Shown one piece after another: positions 39,823 through 47,844 of a stretch of DNA of 64,000 nt. The notes under the pieces are model-generated. The model worked only from the letters and a program-made list of their open reading frames with translations, was not told the origin of the DNA and did no database searches. Where the stretch lies: positions 1,763 to 65,762 of the forward strand of contig JABDKH010000119.1 of NCBI GenBank assembly GCA_013002345.1, written 5' to 3'. Origin of the DNA: Rhodothermales bacterium (lineage in GTDB: Bacteria > Bacteroidota > Rhodothermia > Rhodothermales > JABDKH01). The first letter of the stretch is position 1. Each line of letters begins with the position of its first letter. Position numbers and translations under genes: made by a program.

Positions 39823-41241
39823 ATGAAACACATTACGAACAGACTCACACTTTGGCTGGGCATCGCGGCGTCCGCCATCCTGGTCATTTCCACGACCGGG
39901 TGCTATACGCAACTGGCCGCTACGGACCGGTACGAAGACCGCAGGCCGGATCGCGTCGTAATTGTGGAGGACGAAGATGGTAACATCGTCAGTGAGGACT
40001 ACTATGGCGATGACGTCTATTACGAGGAAGACGCGTACTACACGCCGAGAAGATATCGACGCTACTTCGGCACTTACTACGGGGATCCGTTCTACTACGA
40101 TAACTACTACTCGTATCCCTACGGGTCGTACGGGCCGCACTACTACGATCCGTTCTACTATGGCTCGTCCTTCTCTTTTGGCTTGTCCTTCGGGTGGCCG
40201 TACTCGCACTATGGCAATTACTACAGTCCATACGGGTACAATTACTACCGGCCGTTCTATAGCAACTACTACAGACCATACTACGGCGGGTACGGAGGCT
40301 ACTACAACCCGTACTATGCGTCAGGATACAAGACTTACCGGCCGAACAGATTCATCCAGTCTCGAAGATCGGTTTCAGGCCGGGGTTCGCTGGTCGATCG
40401 CACGAGAACGAGCCGTGGTTACACGCGTGGTACAATCGACCGAAGCGGGACCTCCAAGGACGATCGTACACGGAGCCGGAGCGTAACGCGGACCAACACT
40501 GGAGCGACGACGACGTCGAAGGACGGAACTCGATCCTCTGGCACGCGCGGCGTGACACGGTCAGGTTCGAGGACAAACGTAGGTCGGTCAACGTATAGCG
40601 GTGACAAGAAGAGCAGCGGCCGCACGGGATCAAGTCGGTCCGGTACGTCTCGAACGGTCAAGCGGAGAGGCAGCGACGATAACTCGAAGAACGAGCTCCG
40701 ATCCGGAAGGGATGGGCGCTCATCGCAGGGGGTAGGTCGAACCACGACTCCTTCCAATCGCAGAGTTATCTACCGCGGCAGCGCGAGCTCTCTGAGAGAT
40801 CGCTATCAGCGCTCCGATCGTTCGAATTCTTCGGAGCGTTCGAGTGATGGATCGCTGCGCCGCCGGTATGATCGCGATTCGCAGGCCCAGGGAACACGCC
40901 GTACGTATTCGCCCGATAGCCGCACGACTCGAAGTCGATCGACGACGGTGACGCGGCCGTCCTCGCGCTCATCAAATTCAAAGACCGTTCGTTCCTCGGG
41001 CAACAGCCGGCAGGTTCGCAACAGTCGACCGAGTGGAAGTCGTCGCGTTTCTGCTCCGAAGCGCAGTACCTCGACTCGCAGCAGAGCGACCCGGTCAAGT
41101 TCGAGCCGCAGCGGTAGCAGCAAGTCGGTTCGTTCGTCCGGCAGCAGCCGCAGTAGTTCAGGCGCCCGGACCTCTTCGGGCCGCTCGTCTGGCAGTTCGA
41201 GCAAAAGCTCTGGCAAGAGCTCGAGAAGAAGCCGAAGATAA
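39823..41241 (+). CDS. Lipoprotein with Tyr-rich low-complexity domain and long Ser/Arg/Thr-rich basic tail
   Basis: 472 aa from MKHITNRLTLWLGIAASAILVISTTGC (signal peptide plus Cys). A 117-aa segment (nt 39994-40344) has 41 Tyr by hand count. The following roughly 300 aa are almost entirely S/R/T/G/K. A terminator follows. Confidence 0.6.
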   Translation: MKHITNRLTLWLGIAASAILVISTTGCYTQLAATDRYEDRRPDRVVIVEDEDGNIVSEDYYGDDVYYEEDAYYTPRRYRRYFGTYYGDPFYYDNYYSYPYGSYGPHYYDPFYYGSSFSFGLSFGWPYSHYGNYYSPYGYNYYRPFYSNYYRPYYGGYGGYYNPYYASGYKTYRPNRFIQSRRSVSGRGSLVDRTRTSRGYTRGTIDRSGTSKDDRTRSRSVTRTNTGATTTSKDGTRSSGTRGVTRSGSRTNVGRSTYSGDKKSSGRTGSSRSGTSRTVKRRGSDDNSKNELRSGRDGRSSQGVGRTTTPSNRRVIYRGSASSLRDRYQRSDRSNSSERSSDGSLRRRYDRDSQAQGTRRTYSPDSRTTRSRSTTVTRPSSRSSNSKTVRSSGNSRQVRNSRPSGSRRVSAPKRSTSTRSRATRSSSSRSGSSKSVRSSGSSRSSSGARTSSGRSSGSSSKSSGKSSRRSRR

Positions 41242-41334
41242 ACCAGCTTTGACGTGCCGCCGTGCGGTGCGCTCTTCGCGGCCGCACCCGTGTTCTGAGA
41301 AAAACTGACAGGGGGGTATGGCAGACTCCGGGTT

Positions 41335-41363
41335 GGGCCCGTGCCTGCGCGCGGGCCTTTCTT
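41335..41363 (+). terminator. Rho-independent terminator (plus strand)
   Basis: GGGCCCG (41335-41341), a 10-nt loop, CGGGCC (41352-41357), then UUUCUU. Confidence 0.5.
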
Positions 41364-41433
41364 ATGCCCTTGAGACAGGCTGCCAGGACCCCCGGACAAG
41401 AATAGGAATCAGACTAGTTACAGGAGATAGATC

Positions 41434-43014
41434 ATGAGCAGGCGAAACTGGACGACCCACATTGCAGCTCTCTCACTGACGATCTTGCTCGCACAACCTG
41501 CCTTTGCTCAGGATGGCGAAGACGCTTTGAGGTTCACAGCACGACAACCCTCGGTGGGCGTGCGCGCTCTCGGCCTCGGTGGTGCGGGGACGGCGGGTAT
41601 CGCCGATCTCTCGGCACTTTACACGAACCCGGCAGGACTTGCATACCTGAAAGGCTCCCTCTTTTCCGGAGGACTCACGTCGTTTACGACGGACGACGAT
41701 GCGATATACTCGCTGGGTACTTTTCGTAACGGATCGAGCAACGACGTTTCCGATACAGGTCTTGACCATCTGGGGTATGCCCATCGGGTTCCCACGCGGC
41801 GAGGCGCCCTGGCAATCGCAGCGAGCTACCAGCGGGTGCAAACCTTCAGCAGGGAGCTGTTCTTCTCGGGAACCAACGATGCCAATTCGGCGACCGAGTT
41901 CTTTCTGCCTCTACCCGGCGAGTTCGAGATCGACGAGGATCCTGGAAACGACGGTATTGCGGGCACAGCCGACGACGTGTTTACGCCGTCGTTTTCCCGA
42001 GCACTCTCGTTCATCGGTTTCGAAACGTTCGGCATTGATCTCGATATCGACGCATACGAAGCAGGAGATGACGTACCGTTCTTCCCGGCGGTGACGACAG
42101 GCTCGGTAATGCAGCAAGGCGTCGTATCTGAAGAAGGCAGCATGCATGAATTCAGTCTCGGCACGGCGTTCGAAGCTTCTCGAGGCGTGATGGTCGGCGT
42201 GACTCTCAACGTTCCATACGGCAAATGGGAATACAGTCGGGTCTTTGATGAGGACGACTTCCAGAATGACAATGACGGACTTGCCGGCACGGTCGATTTT
42301 GATGCGCTTACGTGGACTGAAACCGTGCAGTCCGAGCTGGTAGGAGTGAACCTGCGCGCTGGAGTATCGCTCGAGGCTGCCAGGGACTTCAAGGTCGGAT
42401 TCACCATCGAAACGCCGACGTTCTACTCGATCAGTGAGGATTTCGCGACGTTTCTCGAGACGCGCTTTGACGATGGCTTCGAGTCCAGCTACGGTTTCGA
42501 CTTCGACGACGACGTCGGGAACGGCACGTTCGACTACGAAATCACCACGCCGTGGCGCCTTGGTGCGGGACTGGCCTATCGCCTGGGAGATCTGACACTA
42601 CTCGCCGACGCTGAGTTCGTCGACTGGTCTCAGATGGAACTCGGTTCGGACGACTTCGCCTTCTTTCAGGAGAATCAGGACATTTCGCAGAATCTCCAGC
42701 AAGTCGTGAATACGCGGTTCGGCGCCGAGTACAAGATCAGCGACTTTGTCGTGCGCGGCGGCATCGGTTACCAGCCAGATCCAAGAGATATCCGGGTGGA
42801 TTTGCGAACGGACGTAAACTCTGTCGATCGCGACAAGATGTTCTTCTCTGCCGGCTTCAGCTACCTCCGGCAGGGCAAGTTTGCGATTGATCTCGGTTGG
42901 TCTCAGGAGCGGTTCGACGACCGTTACGCGCCGTACAACGTAAGCGGAGCACCCGTCGTCGACGAGGAGATCGTCCGTAACCGCGCGTCCCTTGGCGTTC
43001 GCGTGTTTATCTGA
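41434..43014 (+). CDS. Outer-membrane beta-barrel protein (FadL/OMPP1-like or PorV-like)
   Basis: 526 aa with a signal peptide (LLAQPAFAQ). The N-terminal GVRALGLGGAGTAGIADLSALYTNPAGLAYL motif is typical of FadL/OMPP1-type barrels. Alternating beta-strand pattern, and the sequence ends ...LGVRVFI. Confidence 0.6.
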   Translation: MSRRNWTTHIAALSLTILLAQPAFAQDGEDALRFTARQPSVGVRALGLGGAGTAGIADLSALYTNPAGLAYLKGSLFSGGLTSFTTDDDAIYSLGTFRNGSSNDVSDTGLDHLGYAHRVPTRRGALAIAASYQRVQTFSRELFFSGTNDANSATEFFLPLPGEFEIDEDPGNDGIAGTADDVFTPSFSRALSFIGFETFGIDLDIDAYEAGDDVPFFPAVTTGSVMQQGVVSEEGSMHEFSLGTAFEASRGVMVGVTLNVPYGKWEYSRVFDEDDFQNDNDGLAGTVDFDALTWTETVQSELVGVNLRAGVSLEAARDFKVGFTIETPTFYSISEDFATFLETRFDDGFESSYGFDFDDDVGNGTFDYEITTPWRLGAGLAYRLGDLTLLADAEFVDWSQMELGSDDFAFFQENQDISQNLQQVVNTRFGAEYKISDFVVRGGIGYQPDPRDIRVDLRTDVNSVDRDKMFFSAGFSYLRQGKFAIDLGWSQERFDDRYAPYNVSGAPVVDEEIVRNRASLGVRVFI

Positions 43015-43028
43015 GACTCCGCCGCGTT

Positions 43029-44078
43029 CTAGCCACCGACCTGGGCTCTGCGCTGCTGCATCAGGCGTCGGTAGTTTCTGGCGTTGCGCTGATGCTCCGT
43101 AAGGGTCCTTGAGAAAATGTGGTTGCCTTCGCCGGTCGCAACGAAGTAATAGTACCGGTGCTTCTCCGGGCGCAACACGGCCTCGACGGAAGACATCGAC
43201 GGATTGGTGATAGGACCCGGTGGAAGGCCCGCGTACAGGTAGGTGTTGTAAGGATGCGTGATTTCGTAGTCCTTAAAGAAGAGTCTGCGTTTGGATCCCT
43301 CCAGGGCCAGGATCGCAAACTGAACCGTTGGATCAGCCTGAAGGCGCCAGCTGTTTCGTAGCCGGTTCAAGTACACTCCTGCGATGCGTGGTTTTTCATC
43401 GACGATGTCGCTCTCCCATTCGACTATCGATGCAAGCGTAACAGCGTCGTCGGCGGTAAGCGGCGGCTCCGCGGTGGCACCCGCAACAAGGCGCTCGTAG
43501 CGCCGATCAAATTCCTTCCGGATCGTCCGAATGACATCCTCAGGAGAGGTCTGCCAGTAGAAGAAGTAGGTCTCCGGCATAATGAACCCGAACAGGTGCG
43601 TCGTGTCTGTTGACAGCGACCGGGCAAGCGAGGTGTCAGACAGTGCAGCGAGAAACGAACCGGAGTCGAATGCCATGTTGCGGGCTGCGACGGCGGCAAC
43701 GACTTCGCGACGCGAACCCGGCGGAATGGTGATTCGGATTGGCGACTGCAGTCCTTTTCGCAGGGTCTCGAGCATGTCGTAGTTCGAGGCGTCGGCCGGA
43801 ATCTCGTAGTACCCCGCCTTGATCTGATCACCCCATCCCGTGACACGGGCCATAAGACTGAACGTTGTGGCAGACCGGAGCAGGCCATCCGCAGCCAGCG
43901 AATCTACTGCCTGTGCAAAACTGCTCGACGGAGCGATCTTGACCGATTTCTTTCCCTCAAAGCCGCCCGTGTTGGGGGCAAAAGCGACATAGTAGAGGAT
44001 TGCGCACCCGCCGACGAAGAGGGCGACAACACCGACAGTGAGGATGGCAAAAGTTCTTGGACGGGACATGATCTGCAT
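43029..44078 (-). CDS. mltG: Endolytic murein transglycosylase MltG (YceG family)
   Basis: 349 aa. N-terminal transmembrane helix and YceG signatures: PETYFFYW, LASIVEWES, IAGVYLNRL, LQADPTVQF, YNTYLYAGLPPGPI. Confidence 0.9.
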   Translation of the reverse strand: MQIMSRPRTFAILTVGVVALFVGGCAILYYVAFAPNTGGFEGKKSVKIAPSSSFAQAVDSLAADGLLRSATTFSLMARVTGWGDQIKAGYYEIPADASNYDMLETLRKGLQSPIRITIPPGSRREVVAAVAARNMAFDSGSFLAALSDTSLARSLSTDTTHLFGFIMPETYFFYWQTSPEDVIRTIRKEFDRRYERLVAGATAEPPLTADDAVTLASIVEWESDIVDEKPRIAGVYLNRLRNSWRLQADPTVQFAILALEGSKRRLFFKDYEITHPYNTYLYAGLPPGPITNPSMSSVEAVLRPEKHRYYYFVATGEGNHIFSRTLTEHQRNARNYRRLMQQRRAQVGG

Positions 44079-44105
44079 TCGAATGTTCCGAGAATGTAGT
44101 GCCGC

Positions 44106-44489
44106 TCAATCGTCATGAGGGTCACCTTCTCCGGAGAGGGGTTCTTCTTGATATAGGTGTCGTTCGAGTGAACGCGTTTCGTCTATGATTCGTTCAAACA
44201 ACCGGCGGACCGCCTGGTCAGGGAGCGGGCCGGGGTTGCTGGACACCACGTTCGCAATCACCTCGGTCTCGCGGCTCGGCACATATACCGGCATGCCATT
44301 GTGCTTCTTGATCAATCCGATCTTGTTCGCACATACCGATCGTTCGTTCAGCAGGTTCATCACGGCGACATCGATGGCGTCGATGCGATTGCGCCACGCG
44401 TCGAGGTCGGCTACAGAAGGATCGTCCGATACCTGCGGCCGCTTGTCGGAGATAGAATTAACGAGTTTCAGGGCGGTCTTGATGAGCAT
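44106..44489 (-). CDS. Chorismate mutase (AroQ class)
   Basis: 127 aa. LDAWRNRIDAIDVAVMNLLNERSVCANKIGLIKK...VPSRETEVI...RRLFERIIDETRSLE. Confidence 0.8.
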   Translation of the reverse strand: MLIKTALKLVNSISDKRPQVSDDPSVADLDAWRNRIDAIDVAVMNLLNERSVCANKIGLIKKHNGMPVYVPSRETEVIANVVSSNPGPLPDQAVRRLFERIIDETRSLERHLYQEEPLSGEGDPHDD

Positions 44490-44521
44490 GAGAGCGTCCG
44501 GTTCGCGGGCGGACCCGCTGC

Positions 44522-45526
44522 TCAGCTAAACGCTGCGTTCGCGTCGGCTGTCAGAGTAAATGGACTTGAAAGGCCCGCAATCAACTTATAATAGCCTGCA
44601 GTGGCGATCATCGCAGCATTGTCCATGCAATAGATCGGACTTGGTATGAACAGGGCAAGGCCGCGATCCTCGCAGTATCGCTCGGCCGCCTCGCGAAGTG
44701 CGGTGTTCGCCGAGACACCGCCGACGATGGCGACGCGCGCGGCGCCGGTTGCATCCACCGCCTTTGCCAGCTGGGTCATGAGCATACTGACCACGGCATC
44801 CTGAAACGAAGCACAGACATCCTCGAGATGTTGCTCCAGAAATACGTGCCTGTCCTGACCGTGCGGTTGTTTCAGGAAATAGAGAACAGACGTCTTGACG
44901 CCGCTGAACGAAAAATCAAATCCATCGAGTGCTGCGCGGGGAAAGCGGTGAAATCCCGGATCTCCCGCAGAAGCGAGTCGGTCGACTTCCGGCCCGCCCG
45001 GGAATGGCAGTCCGAGCATTTTCCCCACCTTGTCGAAGGCCTCTCCGGCGGCATCATCACGCGTGGATCCAAGGAGCTCGTGACGAAACTCCGCATCAAC
45101 GTGGACAAGCATCGTATGGCCGCCAGAGGCCACGAGACAAAGGAACGGGAACTCCGGGACAGGCTCCTCGATGAACACCGAGTATATGTGGCCGTCCAGG
45201 TGGTTCACTCCGACGAGCGGAATGCCCCGGGCCGCTGCCAGCGCCTTGCCATAGCTCAGGCCCACCAGGAGCGAGCCGGCCAGTCCCGGACCGTATGTGA
45301 CGGCCACCGCATCAATTGACTCGATGGAGGCGTCGGCGGTCTCGATTGCCTGCTCGACAACTGACACGATATTGCGCTGATGGTCACGAGAAGCCAGTTC
45401 CGGCACCACCCCGCCGAATTGCTCGTGCAGAACCTGCGACGACACAATACTGGACACCAGTCGGCCGTTAGTGACCAGCGCGGCCGCCGTGTCATCGCAA
45501 GAGCTCTCGATTCCGAGGATGGTCAT
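44522..45526 (-). CDS. tsaD: tRNA N6-adenosine threonylcarbamoyltransferase
   Basis: 334 aa. ILGIESSCDDTAAA, GVVPELASRDH, VNHLDGH, GGVSAN. Confidence 0.95.
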   Translation of the reverse strand: MTILGIESSCDDTAAALVTNGRLVSSIVSSQVLHEQFGGVVPELASRDHQRNIVSVVEQAIETADASIESIDAVAVTYGPGLAGSLLVGLSYGKALAAARGIPLVGVNHLDGHIYSVFIEEPVPEFPFLCLVASGGHTMLVHVDAEFRHELLGSTRDDAAGEAFDKVGKMLGLPFPGGPEVDRLASAGDPGFHRFPRAALDGFDFSFSGVKTSVLYFLKQPHGQDRHVFLEQHLEDVCASFQDAVVSMLMTQLAKAVDATGAARVAIVGGVSANTALREAAERYCEDRGLALFIPSPIYCMDNAAMIATAGYYKLIAGLSSPFTLTADANAAFS

Positions 45527-45601
45527 TTTAGCGCAGTGGTCGGCGGAAGCCCCGGACGCAATCGCTGCGTGGGGCAGAACCTTGGGTCATGAATTACGTT
45601 A

Positions 45602-45630
45602 TTGACATCACAATGAAGCGGCTATATACT
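45602..45630 (+). promoter_or_regulatory. Near-consensus sigma70-type promoter
   Basis: TTGACA (45602-45607), a 17-nt spacer, TATACT (45625-45630). A GGAGGGAG Shine-Dalgarno-like sequence lies at 45647-45654, just before the ATG at 45658. Confidence 0.55.
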
Positions 45631-45657
45631 CCGCGTATGTATTCCTGGAGGGAGTAG

Positions 45658-46167
45658 ATGAGATCGATCCTGACATCGTCAATCCTGGTAGCAATGCTGA
45701 TTCTGGCCACGCCGGCTGAGGCTCAGCTCCGCGCCGCCTCCACGAATGGGTCGTCGCCGGTGCAGCTTTATGACAGCGGTGCGAAGGGGTTCCTGATGAA
45801 TACCCTCTTCAATCCACAGCACTTCAAGATGAACCACTCGTTCGAGATGTCCATGGGCTCCGGTGGTGGATATTCATCTTCCCTGGCGATGTATACGAAT
45901 TCCATGCTGTGGAAGTTTGGAGACAAGTTCGCAGCGCGGGCTGATATTGCCATGGCGTACTCTCCGTACAGCAGTGGATTCAACGGGGGAGGTTCGTTCT
46001 CGCAGTCACCCCGCGTGTTCCTGCGCAATGCCGAGATCAACTACCAGCCGCTGAAGAACATGCAGATTCATCTGTCCGTGCGTCAGAGTCCCTACGGCAG
46101 CTATGCATCTCCGTTCGGCTACCATGCGTCTCCATACGGGTACTATCCGCGTTATCGGTATCGGTGA
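45658..46167 (+). CDS. Hypothetical secreted protein with Tyr/Pro-rich C-terminal tail
   Basis: 169 aa. Signal peptide (LILATPAEAQ), beta-rich body, and the tail SPYGSYASPFGYHASPYGYYPRYRYR. Flanked by a strong promoter-like element and a strong terminator. Confidence 0.55.
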   Translation: MRSILTSSILVAMLILATPAEAQLRAASTNGSSPVQLYDSGAKGFLMNTLFNPQHFKMNHSFEMSMGSGGGYSSSLAMYTNSMLWKFGDKFAARADIAMAYSPYSSGFNGGGSFSQSPRVFLRNAEINYQPLKNMQIHLSVRQSPYGSYASPFGYHASPYGYYPRYRYR

Positions 46168-46236
46168 ATCACGAACCGTCCAGCGAGGCGTCAGGATACT
46201 TGGGTACTATAGACCGCTCTCTTGATAACGATTTAG

Positions 46237-46275
46237 CGCGATGCCGCCGGTCCCAGCTGCATCGCGGTTTTTTTT
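46237..46275 (+). terminator. Rho-independent terminator (plus strand)
   Basis: CGCGAUGC (46237-46244), a 14-nt loop, GCAUCGCG (46259-46266), then G and eight U. Confidence 0.8.
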
Positions 46276-46301
46276 GCCGCAAGGGCGCAGACAGCTAGCC
46301 T

Positions 46302-46763
46302 ATGGTCAGTGCAAGGGCGGCATGGTCCAACCGGCTGCTCACTACAATACTTGTGGTGACCGGTGTGGCTGCAGCGTTACTTCTGTACGCATTTGGAGTT
46401 CGAGTGCTTGCACCCCGTGTCGACTCTCAGAGAGTAATTGAGGACGGCAAACTGGTCGGCAGTACGATACAGCTTGAAGTTCGAAACGGCTGCGGTGTGG
46501 CCGGCCTGGCAGCAATCACGACGCAGTACCTTCGCGATCACGGATTCGACGTGGTAGAGACCGGCAACTACAGTGTATCCGACGTCAAGCAGTCCAAAGT
46601 GATTGACAGGGTCGGAGATATGGAGTCGGCCGCGAAGGTGGCCCGCGTGCTCGGTATCGCTGAGGAACGTGTCGAACAGGACATCAATGCTGACCTGTAT
46701 CTCAATGCGTCCGTCGTAATAGGCATGGATTACAAAGACATGAAACCGTTCGAGCCCGACTGA
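46302..46763 (+). CDS. LytR_C domain-containing membrane-anchored protein
   Basis: 153 aa. N-terminal transmembrane helix, then LEVRNGCGVAGLAAITTQYLRDHGFDVVETGNY...SKVID...AAKVARVLGI, the LytR C-terminal domain pattern. Confidence 0.7.
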   Translation: MVSARAAWSNRLLTTILVVTGVAAALLLYAFGVRVLAPRVDSQRVIEDGKLVGSTIQLEVRNGCGVAGLAAITTQYLRDHGFDVVETGNYSVSDVKQSKVIDRVGDMESAAKVARVLGIAEERVEQDINADLYLNASVVIGMDYKDMKPFEPD

Positions 46764-46828
46764 AGAATCCGGTCAGATGTTCAATCGTATGCAATCGTAA
46801 CCTCGCCTTCTCAACAAATCACTGCTTC

Positions 46829-47305
46829 ATGACTCAATCGGAACTACCGTCCATTCCTCAACGCTCCGGCAGCGAGAAACGAGCCACGAACAACCCGTCG
46901 ACGGCTCTTGCCGCCAGTGCCATGGACGCCGCGCTTGACAAGAAAGCCCGCGATGTGGTGGTCATGGATCTGAGAGGTATCAGCGGCGTCGCCGATTTCT
47001 TTGTGTTGTGCACGGGAGATTCCGACGTCCAGATCAAGGCTATTGCCGAGTCGGTGCGCGGGGATATTCGATCGAAATACAAGGAGAAGCCGTGGCATGT
47101 CGAGGGGCTCGACCATCTGCAGTGGGTACTTCTGGATTATGTGGATGTCGTGGTTCACGTGTTTGCGGAAGGACGGCGGTCCTTCTATGAGCTCGAGCGT
47201 CTTTGGGGGGATGCAGAAATTGGCACAGTGTCCTCCGAAGGATCGTCTGCTGACATCCCGTTTCTTCAGAGCCCCGCCGCCCGGGCGGTTCGCCACGGTG
47301 ATTGA
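46829..47305 (+). CDS. rsfS: Ribosome silencing factor RsfS
   Basis: 158 aa. LDKKARDVVVMDLRGISGVADFFVLCTGDSDVQIKAI...WVLLDYVDVVVHVF...R.FYELERLW. Confidence 0.85.
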   Translation: MTQSELPSIPQRSGSEKRATNNPSTALAASAMDAALDKKARDVVVMDLRGISGVADFFVLCTGDSDVQIKAIAESVRGDIRSKYKEKPWHVEGLDHLQWVLLDYVDVVVHVFAEGRRSFYELERLWGDAEIGTVSSEGSSADIPFLQSPAARAVRHGD

Positions 47306-47820
47306 TCATGAATACCCGAACGATCTTCCACTTGCTTTCTTCGTCAGCGATTGTCCTCCTTCTGGCGTCCTGCGCGGGACTTCGACCAGCTGAGCTGCCG
47401 CCCGATGAGCAATTCGGCCATCGCTTTGAAGGCAAGGCAGCGGACGGACGGGAGACGATCGTGATTCGGGCGCCCGAGACGGAAATCGAATACGTCCACT
47501 TTCCAGCCGTTCATGACACCGTGCACGTACGGCCGGCGGTTGCGGAGTCTCCCGATGGTGCAGGAACCCGCGTCGAGGTGTTGATCAAGGGCGCGTTCCC
47601 TGACTCTTGCACGGAACTTGACTCCGTAGAGCAGGAACGCGCGGCTCACATCCTCAACGTCAGGCTTCAGATGCGGCGACAACGTGGCGTCCTTTGCGCG
47701 ACCGTGGTGCGACCCTACCGCTTCTATCTGTTGCTTGAAGGACTGTACGAACCGGGGCACTACTCGCTGAAGATCAACGATTCGTCACACCCGTTTGTCA
47801 TCAGGGCCGTCGACCGGTAG
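47302..47820 (+). CDS. Hypothetical lipoprotein
   Basis: 172 aa with a lipobox (VLLLASCAG). Its start overlaps the rsfS stop by 4 nt. I do not recognise a family. Confidence 0.5.
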   Translation: MIMNTRTIFHLLSSSAIVLLLASCAGLRPAELPPDEQFGHRFEGKAADGRETIVIRAPETEIEYVHFPAVHDTVHVRPAVAESPDGAGTRVEVLIKGAFPDSCTELDSVEQERAAHILNVRLQMRRQRGVLCATVVRPYRFYLLLEGLYEPGHYSLKINDSSHPFVIRAVDR

Positions 47821-47844
47821 GCTGGCCGGAAGCCCGACCGCAGG

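Noticed and set aside
40345-41241. Repetitive-looking AGC/CGN-rich DNA considered as a tandem repeat, CRISPR-like array or mobile-element remnant.
   Set aside because: There are no exact DNA repeat units or spacers. The repetitiveness is at the amino-acid composition level (Ser/Arg codons) within one long ORF that has a signal peptide and a terminator.
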